In this document: positions 27,708 to 40,071 of the stretch, in pieces
Layout of the letters: each line of letters starts with the position of its first letter
Numbering within the stretch: position 1 is the stretch's first letter
From: Escherichia virus TH58
Reading direction: 5' to 3' (one strand)
Sequence record: MT446423.1
DNA: 64,000 nt
Position numbers and translations under genes: made by a program
The notes under the pieces: model-generated
What the model saw: the letters and a program-made list of their open reading frames with translations, nothing else
Databases searched by the model: none
What the model was told of the DNA's origin: nothing

Positions 27708-28610
27708 ATGTTTAAACGTAAATCTACTGCTGACCTCGCTGCTCAAATGGCTAAACTGAATGGTAACAAAGGTTTCTCTTCAGAAGATAAAGGCGAATGG
27801 AAGCTGAAGCTAGATGCATCCGGTAATGGTCAAGCGGTAATTCGTTTCTTGCCAGCAAAAACTGATGATGCACTACCATTTGCAATTCTTGTTAACCACG
27901 GTTTCAAGAAAAATGGTAAATGGTATATTGAAAATTGCTCTTCTACACATGGTGATTACGACTCTTGTCCTGTATGTCAGTACATTAGTAAAAATGACCT
28001 GTACAATACAAACAAAGCTGAATATTCTCAACTGAAACGTAAAACTTCTTATTGGGCTAATATTCTGGTTGTTAAAGACCCTCAAGCTCCAGATAACGAA
28101 GGTAAAGTATTTAAATATCGTTTCGGTAAAAAGATTTGGGACAAAATCAATGCAATGATTGCAGTTGATACCGAAATGGGTGAAACTCCGGTTGATGTTA
28201 CTTGTCCGTTTGAAGGTGCTAACTTCGTTCTGAAAGCTAAGCAGGTTTCTGGTTTTAGCAACTATGACGAATCTAAATTCTTGGGTCAATCTGAAATTCC
28301 TCGTATTAATGACGAAGCATTCCAGAAAGAACTATATGACCAGATGGTAGACCTTACAACTTTAACGGCTAAAGACCAGTTCAAATCATTTGAAAAATTA
28401 AATGAATCTTTCGCTAAGGTTCTTGGTACTGCCGCTCTTGGTGGTGCAGCAGCCGCAGCAGCTTCTGTTGCAGATAAAGTTGCTTCTGACCTTGACGATT
28501 TTGATAAAGACATGGAAGCCTTTAGTTCTGCAAAAACTGAAGATGACTTCATGAGCTCTACCTCATCCTCTGATGATGGTGACCTCGATGACCTGTTAGC
28601 TGGTCTATAA
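27708..28610 (+). CDS. 32: single-stranded DNA-binding protein gp32
   Basis: 300 aa; near-identical to recalled T4 gp32 (MFKRKSTA, zinc site [14 protein letters not shown], acidic C-terminus). Confidence 0.95.
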   Translation: MFKRKSTADLAAQMAKLNGNKGFSSEDKGEWKLKLDASGNGQAVIRFLPAKTDDALPFAILVNHGFKKNGKWYIENCSSTHGDYDSCPVCQYISKNDLYNTNKAEYSQLKRKTSYWANILVVKDPQAPDNEGKVFKYRFGKKIWDKINAMIAVDTEMGETPVDVTCPFEGANFVLKAKQVSGFSNYDESKFLGQSEIPRINDEAFQKELYDQMVDLTTLTAKDQFKSFEKLNESFAKVLGTAALGGAAAAAASVADKVASDLDDFDKDMEAFSSAKTEDDFMSSTSSSDDGDLDDLLAGL

Positions 28611-28616
28611 TAAATC

Positions 28617-28638
28617 GGGAGACTTCGGTCTCCCTTTT
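28617..28638 (+). terminator. rho-independent terminator (GGGAGACTTCGGTCTCCC + TTTT)
   Basis: Perfect stem with UUCG loop. Confidence 0.7.
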
Positions 28639-28665
28639 GAGTATCTGTAAATTGCCGAAAAAGTT

Positions 28666-28694
28666 GTTTACTTCTTCCCTGGATGTGTTAGTAT
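28666..28694 (+). promoter_or_regulatory. T4 early-type promoter
   Basis: GTTTAC 28666-28671, TGt-TAGTAT 28686-28694. Confidence 0.5.
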
Positions 28695-28723
28695 AGTCAT
28701 ATCAACAACATGAGGAAATCAAA

Positions 28724-29128
28724 ATGGAAATCGGAAAATCTTATATCATTAACCCTTTATTTAAAGACGACTTTGTTCAAGAAGCACCACATAATAACGC
28801 TAAGATGTTAAAACTGATTGAACTCCATGGGCCTAGTTTTGTTGTAAACGGAATGGAACCTGATTATGATAGCGATACGTCAAACGTAGTAAGTGTAACT
28901 ATGGAAGATGGTACTGTATGTTCTGCCGGTGGTGAAATTGAAACTTATTTTGAGATTTATCCCGACGAGTTTAAATACTTTATTGAGTACTTTACTGAGG
29001 TAGATTTAGTAAAGCCTCAACCTACTAACGAAGGTATAACTTTAGGTGTAACAAAAATCCATTGTATCGTAGATGAAACCAACGTCGACGAAATCATCAA
29101 ACTTTTGCAAAAAACTTTTAAAAAGTAA
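28724..29128 (+). CDS. hypothetical protein (134 aa), frd.x-region
   Basis: ORF track; RBS GAGGAAA. Confidence 0.6.
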   Translation: MEIGKSYIINPLFKDDFVQEAPHNNAKMLKLIELHGPSFVVNGMEPDYDSDTSNVVSVTMEDGTVCSAGGEIETYFEIYPDEFKYFIEYFTEVDLVKPQPTNEGITLGVTKIHCIVDETNVDEIIKLLQKTFKK

Positions 29129-29139
29129 TATACAATCAG

Positions 29140-29165
29140 ATAGGGTTATGTTATAGTAGCCCTAT
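29140..29165 (+). promoter_or_regulatory. -10-like TGt-TATAGT embedded in inverted repeat ATAGGGTT / AGCCCTAT
   Basis: Same architecture as 9067-9090 and 9578-9603; -35 element weak. Confidence 0.4.
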
Positions 29166-29192
29166 CAAATCAAAAGTGAAGCGGAGAATAAA

Positions 29193-29441
29193 ATGAGATT
29201 GCAACGCCAGAGCATCAAAGATTCTGAAGTTAGAGGTAAATGGTACTTCAACATCGTCGGTAAAGACGCTGAACTCCTTGAACAAGCTGAAGAAGCTTTA
29301 CGCGAAATGGGTTGGAACGAAGAATGTGACAGATGTCCACTCTACGAAGATGGTGAAAGTGCAGGATTCTGGATTTATCATTCTGACGTCGATCAGTTTA
29401 AAGCTGATTGGAAAGTTGTTAAGAAAAATCTGAGGAAATAA
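29193..29441 (+). CDS. hypothetical protein (82 aa)
   Basis: ORF track; RBS GGAGAA. Confidence 0.55.
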   Translation: MRLQRQSIKDSEVRGKWYFNIVGKDAELLEQAEEALREMGWNEECDRCPLYEDGESAGFWIYHSDVDQFKADWKVVKKNLRK

Positions 29442-29443
29442 TT

Positions 29444-29692
29444 ATGAATGTTGTTGTTGAATACTCCCAAGGCGCTGATGTCGGATATGAAGTTTATACT
29501 TCAGTTAATTTAGACCATCCGGATTTGGCTGAATTCATTGGTGACGCATTTGATTTATCCGGGCGATACACAACAAAACCTCGCGTTTGTGTTACAACAT
29601 TTGACCAAACCGATGGTTTGGAAATTCAGACAGAACTAGTTTCGTCTAAATCAAAAATCCAAAAAGTTATTAAAGGACTTAAAAATGCTTAA
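29444..29692 (+). CDS. hypothetical protein (82 aa)
   Basis: ORF track. Confidence 0.55.
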   Translation: MNVVVEYSQGADVGYEVYTSVNLDHPDLAEFIGDAFDLSGRYTTKPRVCVTTFDQTDGLEIQTELVSSKSKIQKVIKGLKNA

Positions 29693-30272
29693 ATTAGTAT
29701 TCGCATGTGCTCCGTCTAAAACAGTTGATGATAAACTGGAATATGCTTTTGGGTTAGGTGATGGGCTGCCGTGGAAGCATATCAAACAAGATATGAGTAA
29801 CTTTGTTGCTCGCACTAAAAACACTTTAATGGTTATGGGTGCTAAGACTTTTGCATCATTACCTCGTCTACTCCCAGATCGTACTCATGTGGTTGTCACT
29901 GATATGGCCAGAAAACTGCCTAGGACTAAAACTGATGAACTTGCACGGTTCTATATCACCCAAGCAGAATTTATTACCCTGGTGACTGGTAGTGAAATTA
30001 ACTTGTTCGGCCCTTCAACAGACGTACCGTTTAAACTTTCTACTGAACATGTTGATGTATCTGTTATCGGCGGTCCTGCTCTATTAAAACAAGCACTGCC
30101 TTATGCCGATGAAATTGTGATGACTAAAATCATTAAGAAATGTCGTGTTAATTCCGATGTTCAACTTGATAAAGATTTCGTCCAAGATATTATGCTTCAA
30201 CGTTCTATGGTAGAATCTCATTACTACAGAATCGATGAACTCACCGAAATTACTGAGAGCGTTTATAAATGA
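29685..30272 (+). CDS. frd: dihydrofolate reductase
   Basis: 195 aa; matches recalled T4 Frd (GLGDGLPW, MGAKTF, VIGGPALL). Confidence 0.92.
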   Translation: MLKLVFACAPSKTVDDKLEYAFGLGDGLPWKHIKQDMSNFVARTKNTLMVMGAKTFASLPRLLPDRTHVVVTDMARKLPRTKTDELARFYITQAEFITLVTGSEINLFGPSTDVPFKLSTEHVDVSVIGGPALLKQALPYADEIVMTKIIKKCRVNSDVQLDKDFVQDIMLQRSMVESHYYRIDELTEITESVYK

Positions 30273-31129
30273 AACAATACCAATACCTAATTAAAGATAT
30301 CTTAGAAAATGGCTACGAAACAGACGACCGTACAGGCACAGGAACAATTGCCCTGTTCGGAACTAAATTACGTTGGGACCTGACTAAAGGATTCCCTGCA
30401 GTAACAACTAAGAAATTAGCATGGAAAGCTTGTATTGCCGAGTTACTGTGGTTCATGTCTGGTTCTACTAATGTTAATGAATTACGTCTTCGTACTCATG
30501 GTAGTCTAATTGAAGGTAAAACTATTTGGGATGATAATTACGAAAATCAGGCAAAAGACCTTGGGTACCATAGCGGTGAACTTGGTCCTATATATGGTAA
30601 GCAATGGCGTGATTTTGGTGGTGTAGACCAATTAGTTGAAACAATCAACCGTATTAAAAAATTACCAACTGACCGTCGTCAAATAGTTTCTGCATGGAAC
30701 CCTGCCGAAATTGACCAAATGGCTCTTCCTCCTTGTCATATGTTCTATCAATTTAATGTGCGTAATGGTCATCTTGATTTACAATGGTACCAGAGAAGTG
30801 TCGATGTTTTCTTGGGTTTGCCGTTCAACATTGCCTCGTACGCTGCCTTGACGCATATTGTAGCGAAGATGTGTAACCTTATCCCAGGTGATTTAGTGTT
30901 CTCAGGCGGCAACACGCATATCTACAGCAATCATGTAGAACAATGCAAAGAAGTTCTTCGTCGTGAGCCTAAAGAACTGTGTGAATTAGTTATTAATGGA
31001 TTACCATACAAATTTAGACATCTATCAACCGAAGAACAAATCGAATATGTATTAAAACTTCGTCCTAAAGACTTTATTCTTAAAAATTACGAATCTCATC
31101 CAACTATCAAAGCTAAAATGGCGGTATAA
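30269..31129 (+). CDS. td: thymidylate synthase, uninterrupted (no intron)
   Basis: 286 aa contiguous; near-identical to recalled T4 TS (MKQYQ, DRTGTGT, ALPPCH, WYQRSVDVFLGLPFNIASYA). Confidence 0.95.
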   Translation: MKQYQYLIKDILENGYETDDRTGTGTIALFGTKLRWDLTKGFPAVTTKKLAWKACIAELLWFMSGSTNVNELRLRTHGSLIEGKTIWDDNYENQAKDLGYHSGELGPIYGKQWRDFGGVDQLVETINRIKKLPTDRRQIVSAWNPAEIDQMALPPCHMFYQFNVRNGHLDLQWYQRSVDVFLGLPFNIASYAALTHIVAKMCNLIPGDLVFSGGNTHIYSNHVEQCKEVLRREPKELCELVINGLPYKFRHLSTEEQIEYVLKLRPKDFILKNYESHPTIKAKMAV

Positions 31130-31384
31130 ATGATTTTACGTTTTATTAATTCATATGGCACAACAATTTTTGAAATGAAAAATCCAAGTGAACTGGATAT
31201 CCCTTCACCAAATAGTGAAATCACAGTTAAAGGTGAACGATTCATTTGCTATTCACACGAACGAATTTATGAATATCGTGAATTTTGTGGTGGATTCGGT
31301 ATAGAAAAAGAACCGTTGGTTTATTTCGATATCACGGTCTTGACACCTAAAGAATACGAAGAAATTATTGCTGAGGATAATTAA
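31130..31384 (+). CDS. hypothetical protein (84 aa)
   Basis: ORF track; between td and nrdA. Confidence 0.5.
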   Translation: MILRFINSYGTTIFEMKNPSELDIPSPNSEITVKGERFICYSHERIYEYREFCGGFGIEKEPLVYFDITVLTPKEYEEIIAEDN

Positions 31385-31399
31385 CGCTTCAGTTTAAAA

Positions 31400-31436
31400 G
31401 TGTATAATAAATTAACGGGATAAATACTATCCCGTT
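31400..31436 (+). promoter_or_regulatory. extended -10 (TGtTATAAT) followed by 9-bp hairpin AACGGGATA / TATCCCGTT
   Basis: TGTATAAT 31400-31407; hairpin 31414-31436 would sit at the 5' end of the nrdA transcript. Confidence 0.4.
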
Positions 31437-31471
31437 TGGAGTAATGTCTATCAACCTATACTGAGGAATAT

Positions 31472-33727
31472 ATGCAAGTAACTAAGAGCAGTGGGGTATC
31501 CCAAAATTTTGATGCACAGAAAATTATTCAAGTCTTAACTTGGCAATGTGAAGGAACACAAATCGACCCATATGAATTGTACGAAGAAATTAAGACCCAT
31601 CTTGTCGATGGGATGAGCACCAAAGATATCCAGAAGATTTGTATTAAAGTTGCAGCTAACTCGATTTCTGTCGAAGAACCTGACTATCAATATGTCGCTG
31701 CCAAAGGGCTGATGTTTGCACTTCGTAAAGATGTATACGGACAGTTTGAACCACCTGCTTTTATCGACCATATTTCTTACTGTGTTAATGAAGGCAAATA
31801 TGACCCTGAGTTGTTGTCTAGATATTCTGCAGAAGAAATCATTTATCTTGATTCTCGGATTAAACATGAGCGAGATTTTGACCTGACTTATGCTGGTGCT
31901 ATGCAGCTTAAAGAAAAATATCTAGTTAAAGATAAAACAACTGGGAAGATTTATGAAACTCCTCAGTTTGCTATCATGGCTATTGGTATGGCCTTACACC
32001 AAGACGAAACCCATGACCGTTTGAAACATATTATTCGTTTTTATGATGCCGTTTCTACTCATCAAGTTTCATTGCCAACCCCAATTATGGCAGGTGCTCG
32101 TACTCCAACTCGCCAGTTCTCTAGTTGTGTAGTTATTGAAGCAGGTGATTCGTTAAAATCTATTAACAAAACTTCAGCGTCAATTATCGAATATATTTCT
32201 AAACGAGCTGGCATTGGTATTAACGTTGGTATGCTTCGTGCAGAAGGTTCTAAGATCGGTATGGGTGAAGTTCGACATACGGGTGTTATTCCATTCTGGA
32301 AACATTTCCAAACTGCAGTAAAATCTTGTTCTCAAGGTGGTATTCGCGGTGGTGCTGCTACAGCGTATTATCCGATGTGGCACTTAGAAGTAGAGAACCT
32401 ATTAGTTCTGAAAAATAACAAAGGCGTGGATGAAAACCGTATTCGACATATGGACTACGGAATTCAGATTAACGACCTCATGATGGAACGCCTTGGCAAA
32501 AATGATTATATTACTTTATTTAGCCCTCACGAAATGTCAGGCGATCTATATTACTCATTCTTTGAAGATCAAGATAAATTCCGTGAGCTTTATGAGAAAG
32601 CTGAAAAAGACCCCACAATCAGAAAGAAAAGAATCAAAGCACTAGAACTCTTTGAATTGTTCATGACTGAACGTTCTGGTACTGCTCGAATTTATCCACA
32701 GTTTGTTGATAACACGAATAACTACACTCCATTTATTCGTGAAAAAGCTCCAATTCGTCAGAGTAACTTATGTTGTGAAATCGCTATTCCAACTAATGAT
32801 GTGAATGGTCCTGACGCTGAAATTGGTTTATGTACGTTATCTGCTTTTGTATTGGATAAATTTGATTGGCAAGACCAAGATAAAATTAATGAACTTGCTG
32901 AAGTACAAGTACGTGCACTTGATAACCTGTTAGACTATCAAGATTATCCGGTTCCAGAAGCTTTAAAAGCCAAAAAGCGTCGAAATCTCGGTGTTGGTGT
33001 GACGAACTATGCTGCATGGTTAGCTTCTAACTTTGCTTCATATGAAGACGCTAACGATTTGACTCATGAATTGTTTGAGAGATTGCAATATGGCCTTATC
33101 AAAGCTTCAATCAAACTCGCCAAAGAAAAAGGACCTTGTGAGTATTATTCAGACACTAAATGGTCTAGAGGCGAATTACCTATCGACTGGTACAATAAAA
33201 AAATTGACCAAATCGCAGCCCCGAACTACGTCTGTGACTGGGAAGAACTTCGAGCTGAACTCAAAGAACATGGAATTCGTAACTCAACGTTGTCTGCACT
33301 CATGCCTTGTGAGTCAAGCAGTCAAGTATCTAACTCTACAAACGGGATTGAGCCACCACGCGGTCCAGTAAGTATTAAAGAATCTAAAGAAGGTAACTTC
33401 CGTCAGGTTGTTCCTAATATAGAACATAACATGGGTCTTTACGACTACGCGTGGAAACTTGCTAAGAAAGGTAATAAACCTTATTTGACCCAAGTTGCTA
33501 TCATGTTGAAATGGGTGTGCCAATCTGCTTCTGCTAATACTTACTATGACCCTGCAGTATTTGAGAAAGGTAAAGTGCCAATGTCAGTAATGCTTGACGA
33601 TCTGCTTTACTTCTGGTACTTTGGCGGAAAAAACCTCTACTATCATAACACTCGTGATGGGTCAGGTACAGATGACTATGAATTAGAAACACCTAAAGCT
33701 GAAGATTGTTCTGCTTGTAAGCTTTAA
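31472..33727 (+). CDS. nrdA: ribonucleotide reductase large subunit (class Ia)
   Basis: 751 aa; ATP-cone N-terminus; catalytic NLCCEI and C-terminal redox Cys pair (CSAC). Confidence 0.95.
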   Translation: MQVTKSSGVSQNFDAQKIIQVLTWQCEGTQIDPYELYEEIKTHLVDGMSTKDIQKICIKVAANSISVEEPDYQYVAAKGLMFALRKDVYGQFEPPAFIDHISYCVNEGKYDPELLSRYSAEEIIYLDSRIKHERDFDLTYAGAMQLKEKYLVKDKTTGKIYETPQFAIMAIGMALHQDETHDRLKHIIRFYDAVSTHQVSLPTPIMAGARTPTRQFSSCVVIEAGDSLKSINKTSASIIEYISKRAGIGINVGMLRAEGSKIGMGEVRHTGVIPFWKHFQTAVKSCSQGGIRGGAATAYYPMWHLEVENLLVLKNNKGVDENRIRHMDYGIQINDLMMERLGKNDYITLFSPHEMSGDLYYSFFEDQDKFRELYEKAEKDPTIRKKRIKALELFELFMTERSGTARIYPQFVDNTNNYTPFIREKAPIRQSNLCCEIAIPTNDVNGPDAEIGLCTLSAFVLDKFDWQDQDKINELAEVQVRALDNLLDYQDYPVPEALKAKKRRNLGVGVTNYAAWLASNFASYEDANDLTHELFERLQYGLIKASIKLAKEKGPCEYYSDTKWSRGELPIDWYNKKIDQIAAPNYVCDWEELRAELKEHGIRNSTLSALMPCESSSQVSNSTNGIEPPRGPVSIKESKEGNFRQVVPNIEHNMGLYDYAWKLAKKGNKPYLTQVAIMLKWVCQSASANTYYDPAVFEKGKVPMSVMLDDLLYFWYFGGKNLYYHNTRDGSGTDDYELETPKAEDCSACKL

Positions 33728-33780
33728 GACTTTTGATTATAATTTACTCATGGATGAGTTAAACTAAGTGAGAAAATATA

Positions 33781-34920
33781 ATGAGTACAGTTTTTAACAC
33801 GCAACAAGTCGATGTTTTGAATGAACCAATGTTCTTTGGTTCTGGTCTTGGCCTCGCACGTTATGATATTCAGCGACATAAAGTTTTTGAAGAACTTATT
33901 GAAAAGCAATTGTCGTTTTTCTGGCGCCCAGAAGAGGTAAACTTGATGTTGGACTCTGCGCAGTTCAATAAGCTTCCTCAGTTCCAACAGGACATCTTTA
34001 CAAACAATCTTAAGTATCAATCATTATTAGATTCTATCCAAGGCAGGGCCCCATCTGCGGTACTTATGGCACTGATTTCCGACCCTTCATTAGATACGTG
34101 GGTTGCAACATGGACATTCAGTGAAACTATTCACTCTCGTTCGTACACTCATATTATGCGAAATCTTTATACCGATCCATCTAAGGTATTTGATGAAATT
34201 GTATTAGACGAAGCAATCATGAAACGAGCTGAATCAATAGGTAAATATTACGATGATGTTCTAGTCAAGACTCGCCTTTACCAGAATGCTTTAGAAGAAT
34301 ATCACGAGTTTAGCGAAGGCGTAAAACAGGCTAAATACGAACTAATGCGTTCTCTTTACCTCTGTCTGCACGTAATCAACGCTCTGGAAGCTATTCGTTT
34401 TTACGTATCATTTGCATGTACTTTCAACTTCCATAAAAATATGGAAATCATGGAAGGTAATGCAAAGATTATGAAGTTCATTGCTCGTGACGAACAACTC
34501 CACCTCAAGGGTACTCAGTACATTATTCGTCAACTTCAATCCGGTATTGACGGCGATGAGTGGGTTAAAATTGCCCAAGAGTGTGAACAAGAAGCAGTTG
34601 ATATTTTCATGGAAGTTAACCGTCAAGAGAAGGAATGGGCTGCACACCTCTTTAAAGATGGTACATGTCCAGGTATCAATACGCAGAGTATGTGTGCTTT
34701 TGTTGATTACTTGACTGTGTCTCGTATGAAACAGTGTGGTTTGCCATGCCCAATCACTGATGCTCCGACCAAGCATCCGTATCCTTGGATTCGTGAATAT
34801 CTGAACTCTGATTTAGTTCAAGCAGCTCCTCAGGAAGTTGAAATCAGTTCTTATCTTGTCGCACAAATTGATAATGATGTAGACCAAAATGTAATCAATT
34901 CATACAAAAAATATTTCTAA
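33781..34920 (+). CDS. nrdB: ribonucleotide reductase small subunit, uninterrupted (no intron)
   Basis: 379 aa contiguous; di-iron/tyrosyl radical motifs (EAIRFYVSFA, ARDEQLH). Confidence 0.93.
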   Translation: MSTVFNTQQVDVLNEPMFFGSGLGLARYDIQRHKVFEELIEKQLSFFWRPEEVNLMLDSAQFNKLPQFQQDIFTNNLKYQSLLDSIQGRAPSAVLMALISDPSLDTWVATWTFSETIHSRSYTHIMRNLYTDPSKVFDEIVLDEAIMKRAESIGKYYDDVLVKTRLYQNALEEYHEFSEGVKQAKYELMRSLYLCLHVINALEAIRFYVSFACTFNFHKNMEIMEGNAKIMKFIARDEQLHLKGTQYIIRQLQSGIDGDEWVKIAQECEQEAVDIFMEVNRQEKEWAAHLFKDGTCPGINTQSMCAFVDYLTVSRMKQCGLPCPITDAPTKHPYPWIREYLNSDLVQAAPQEVEISSYLVAQIDNDVDQNVINSYKKYF

Positions 34921-34924
34921 GGAC

Positions 34925-34945
34925 GGGACTTCGGTCCCACTTTAT
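34925..34945 (+). terminator. terminator-like hairpin GGGACTTCGGTCCC
   Basis: Perfect stem with UUCG loop; weak U-tract (aCTTTATT). Confidence 0.5.
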
Positions 34946-34946
34946 T

Positions 34947-35357
34947 ATGAAAGATATCGCCGCCGAATATTCCTTTATTAAATATACAGAATTGGAGCTA
35001 TTAGAAGATGCAACAATTAAAACAGTTGATGTCCCTAATAAGAAAAATGTCATATACGCTATTGCTATAGATGACGAACTTGTGTATATTGGTAAAACCA
35101 AGAATTTAAAGAAACGCATTAACTATTATCGAACAGCCATAAATCGAAAAGACCAGACTTCAGATTCAAGAAAATCACTTATGATTTTGGATGCCTTAAT
35201 GCAAGGCAAAAAGGTTGAATTCTGGGCCCGCCAATGTTTTGACCTTTCAGTCACCAACGAACTTGGTTCAATGACCATCGCAACAATGGACCTTGAAGAA
35301 CCGCTTTTTATCAAAAAGTTCAACCCGCCTTGGAATATCCAACATAAGAAAAAGTAG
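34947..35357 (+). CDS. denA: endonuclease II (GIY-YIG family)
   Basis: 136 aa; GIY-YIG core VIYAIAIDDELVYIGKTKNLKKRINYY; matches recalled T4 EndoII. Confidence 0.9.
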   Translation: MKDIAAEYSFIKYTELELLEDATIKTVDVPNKKNVIYAIAIDDELVYIGKTKNLKKRINYYRTAINRKDQTSDSRKSLMILDALMQGKKVEFWARQCFDLSVTNELGSMTIATMDLEEPLFIKKFNPPWNIQHKKK

Positions 35358-35386
35358 TTTACACACCACAAGGATTGTGGTACAAT
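35357..35386 (+). promoter_or_regulatory. early-type promoter with CCACAA-gga-TTGTGG inverted repeat in spacer
   Basis: GTTTAC 35357-35362, TACAAT 35381-35386, inverted repeat 35366-35380. Confidence 0.5.
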
Positions 35387-35404
35387 TTAAAAAAAACTAA
35401 CTGA

Positions 35405-36538
<1,134 letters not shown>

Positions 36539-36540
36539 CG

Positions 36541-36570
36541 GTTTACAAACACCAAGGATGGTGATACTAT
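36541..36570 (+). promoter_or_regulatory. early-type promoter with CACCA-agga-TGGTG inverted repeat in spacer
   Basis: GTTTAC 36541-36546, TGa-TACTAT 36562-36570, inverted repeat 36550-36563. Confidence 0.5.
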
Positions 36571-36599
36571 GGCTTTATCAACAACACGAGGAGAAAATT

Positions 36600-37100
36600 A
36601 TGAATATGCAATTGATTACTAACGATATGGTTGTGGCAGCATTTGGTGATTCTACAGATGGAATCCGGGTCTTTAAGAAAGGCCGTGCAGTTGGTTATCT
36701 TACAGACCTTCGTACTACTCTAGCGAAAAATGCTAAAAAGAAATTAAAGCAAAAGGAATATTCCACCCGATACGCTGAAGAGAAACGTGAAGCAATGCCG
36801 GAAGCAGTTAATGCTATGGTAGAATTTCTTCAAAACAATTTGACTAAATACGACGCTAATGTGTTCGTTAATATTAGTCAACCTAACGTACATATCGCGG
36901 GTATAAAATTCTACATCATTTGCGACCCTCTTACCGACAAATTCAACCGTCTCGGAATTTCAAGTCCGTATCATACAGCAGAAGAGTTGTGTGTATTGTT
37001 TGAATCGTACAAAATTCAGTGTGATGGTCCGAAAACCGTTCTTATCAATGGATTATCCCGAGATGAAATCATTGAGATTATTAAAACATGCTTAAAGTAA
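36600..37100 (+). CDS. alc: probable Alc (terminator of transcription on cytosine-containing DNA)
   Basis: Track ORF 36558-37100 trimmed to ATG 36600 with AGGAG RBS; 166 aa, position between rnlA and spanins as in T4. Confidence 0.6.
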   Translation: MNMQLITNDMVVAAFGDSTDGIRVFKKGRAVGYLTDLRTTLAKNAKKKLKQKEYSTRYAEEKREAMPEAVNAMVEFLQNNLTKYDANVFVNISQPNVHIAGIKFYIICDPLTDKFNRLGISSPYHTAEELCVLFESYKIQCDGPKTVLINGLSRDEIIEIIKTCLK

Positions 37101-37444
37101 ATGCATCATATATTGTAGTGGCAGCTTTTGCGGTTGTTGCTACTGTAACAATAGCATTTCTGAACCATAAAGTCGATTCGCTGAATACTGAATTGGCTTC
37201 TGTTAAAGAGACTGCTAAAAACAATGCTAAAGTATTAGACGACTTCAAGATTCAATATCAGTCTATAGAAGAAATGACATATAAGAATCGTGTTTTAGTT
37301 GACCAACTTAAGGCTGAAAATGAAAAGCTCCGTAAGGATTCGAAGAAGAAGAACGTGGTGGCAAGTAAGCCAGGATTGGTCGAAAAACAAATCAACAGGT
37401 CCTTCGATTCCTTTGCAGAAGACCTCAGGAAGCTCTCAGAATGA
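37088..37444 (+). CDS. i-spanin (inner-membrane spanin subunit, pseT.3-like)
   Basis: 118 aa; N-terminal transmembrane helix then coiled-coil-type periplasmic region; next gene is lipoprotein. Confidence 0.65.
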   Translation: MLKVNASYIVVAAFAVVATVTIAFLNHKVDSLNTELASVKETAKNNAKVLDDFKIQYQSIEEMTYKNRVLVDQLKAENEKLRKDSKKKNVVASKPGLVEKQINRSFDSFAEDLRKLSE

Positions 37445-37731
37445 TTAAATTAACTGTGGCTGTATTATCTATTGGTCTCCTAGTTGGATGTACTCAGGAT
37501 GTGCCAGTAAGCCCTAAAGAAACTTTACATCCTTCATGGCCTACGCCTATTTCCGAATACAACCAGAAATGGCAAGTAAAGGTTATTGATGGTAATCCAT
37601 GGGTTGGAATGCCGTTTGAAGACTCTCAAGAATTTCGTATCTGGTTAAACGACGTAAAAAGATATGTACATGACCAGAAGACTATGTTATGTTATTATCG
37701 TAGTGGTTTAAAAGAGGAAAAATGCCAATGA
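37441..37731 (+). CDS. o-spanin (outer-membrane lipoprotein spanin subunit, pseT.2-like)
   Basis: 96 aa; signal peptide with lipobox LLVGC; overlaps i-spanin stop. Confidence 0.7.
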   Translation: MIKLTVAVLSIGLLVGCTQDVPVSPKETLHPSWPTPISEYNQKWQVKVIDGNPWVGMPFEDSQEFRIWLNDVKRYVHDQKTMLCYYRSGLKEEKCQ

Positions 37732-37946
37732 CTAAAGAACAGCATGAATACATTAAAGGGCTTATCTATGAATCTGAAATGGCGGCTATGATTTATGGGC
37801 GACAGATTCAACGATTAGAATCTTTGCCTCCGACTAATGACCGCTTGTTAGTTCAGTCTCGTGCTAATCTGAAAAATGAATATCAGAATAAGTGGGCAGT
37901 AGCTACTAAAGCTCTTCATGAGTATATTGGATCTTTAGTAAAATAG
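37722..37946 (+). CDS. hypothetical protein (74 aa)
   Basis: ORF track. Confidence 0.5.
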   Translation: MPMTKEQHEYIKGLIYESEMAAMIYGRQIQRLESLPPTNDRLLVQSRANLKNEYQNKWAVATKALHEYIGSLVK

Positions 37947-37981
37947 TTTACAAACTCTCGGGAGCGGAGTATAATGCTCCT
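37946..37981 (+). promoter_or_regulatory. early-type promoter with TATAAT inside inverted repeat GGGAGC / GCTCCT
   Basis: GTTTAC 37946-37951, TATAAT 37970-37975; core GAGTATAATGCTC shared with 9848-9860. Confidence 0.45.
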
Positions 37982-38003
37982 ATGGATAATTGAGGAAATC
38001 TAA

Positions 38004-38302
38004 ATGAAAACATTACTAGAGAATTACATCAAACGGTCCGATGAGTATATTGATATCTGCCGTGGAATGTCACTTGCCAATTATGACAAAGATGCAGCAA
38101 AGGCATTAGATGAAGCAGGTAAAGCTCTTCGTAAAGCTGCTAAAGAAAAAGGGGTGGATTTGCAACAACTCAAAAGTCATATGATTAAATTTATTTCTTC
38201 AAACGTTAGAAGTAAGTCAATTAATAAAAACGTTGCTGAAATTAATAAAGACCGTCGCGAGCATAACATTCGTATTCTTGAAACTTTCTTAGGAATAAAA
38301 TA

Positions 38303-38303
<1 letters not shown>
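38004..38303 (+). CDS. hypothetical protein (99 aa)
   Basis: ORF track; RBS GAGGAAA. Confidence 0.55.
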
Positions 38304-39389
<1,086 letters not shown>

Positions 39390-39390
<1 letters not shown>

Positions 39391-39581
39391 TGAAACGATT
39401 ATATGAAGTGATTGAGGCCATCGAACAGCATAAAGAATATTTGTTTGTAGCCTGGCCTTTAGTAAATGGACAATTCGGTATTGATGTGCTGGACTATGAG
39501 CATGAAGAACGTTTGGACGGCGGTATATTTGATAACGTCGACCAGGCAATTGAATGGTTAAATGAAAACTATGTACGATAA
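39390..39581 (+). CDS. hypothetical protein (63 aa)
   Basis: ORF track. Confidence 0.5.
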
Positions 39582-39786
39582 ACATCATGAAATCGAAGAT
39601 GAAGCATACAAAATGCTTCGTAAACTAGTGGGACTTAATATGAGTCCTACATTAATTAACAAACTCGCAGGAATTCGTAATGATCTGAATACTCGTTACA
39701 AAGGCGAATATCATGTAGAGTTTGTTCCTGTAGGTGAACCGACCGAGCGATTTGTTGTTCGAGTTAAAGTAAATACTGTACACTGA
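39562..39786 (+). CDS. hypothetical protein (74 aa)
   Basis: ORF track. Confidence 0.5.
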   Translation: MKTMYDKHHEIEDEAYKMLRKLVGLNMSPTLINKLAGIRNDLNTRYKGEYHVEFVPVGEPTERFVVRVKVNTVH

Positions 39787-39793
39787 GGTAATT

Positions 39794-40069
39794 ATGTTCC
39801 CAACTTATTCTGAAATTGTAAAGGTAGTCTTCAGTCAGATTATTGCTAATAATATGTTTGAAGTGCTTGATAATGCAGCCGAACTCAGAGTTCATTCTCA
39901 ACTAACTCATGTACTCAATGCTTTGCTCCCAGACCAAGTAGATTCTATTGCTATTACTCTTCTCCCTGGGTCTGCACACGCCATAGTGGTATTTGATCTT
40001 GACGGCGATTTAGTTATCCAATGTGATATCAATTTCGGTACACAAAAAATTGAATGCAAAGCAATTTAA
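39794..40069 (+). CDS. hypothetical protein (91 aa)
   Basis: ORF track. Confidence 0.5.
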   Translation: MFPTYSEIVKVVFSQIIANNMFEVLDNAAELRVHSQLTHVLNALLPDQVDSIAITLLPGSAHAIVVFDLDGDLVIQCDINFGTQKIECKAI

Positions 40070-40071
40070 TG

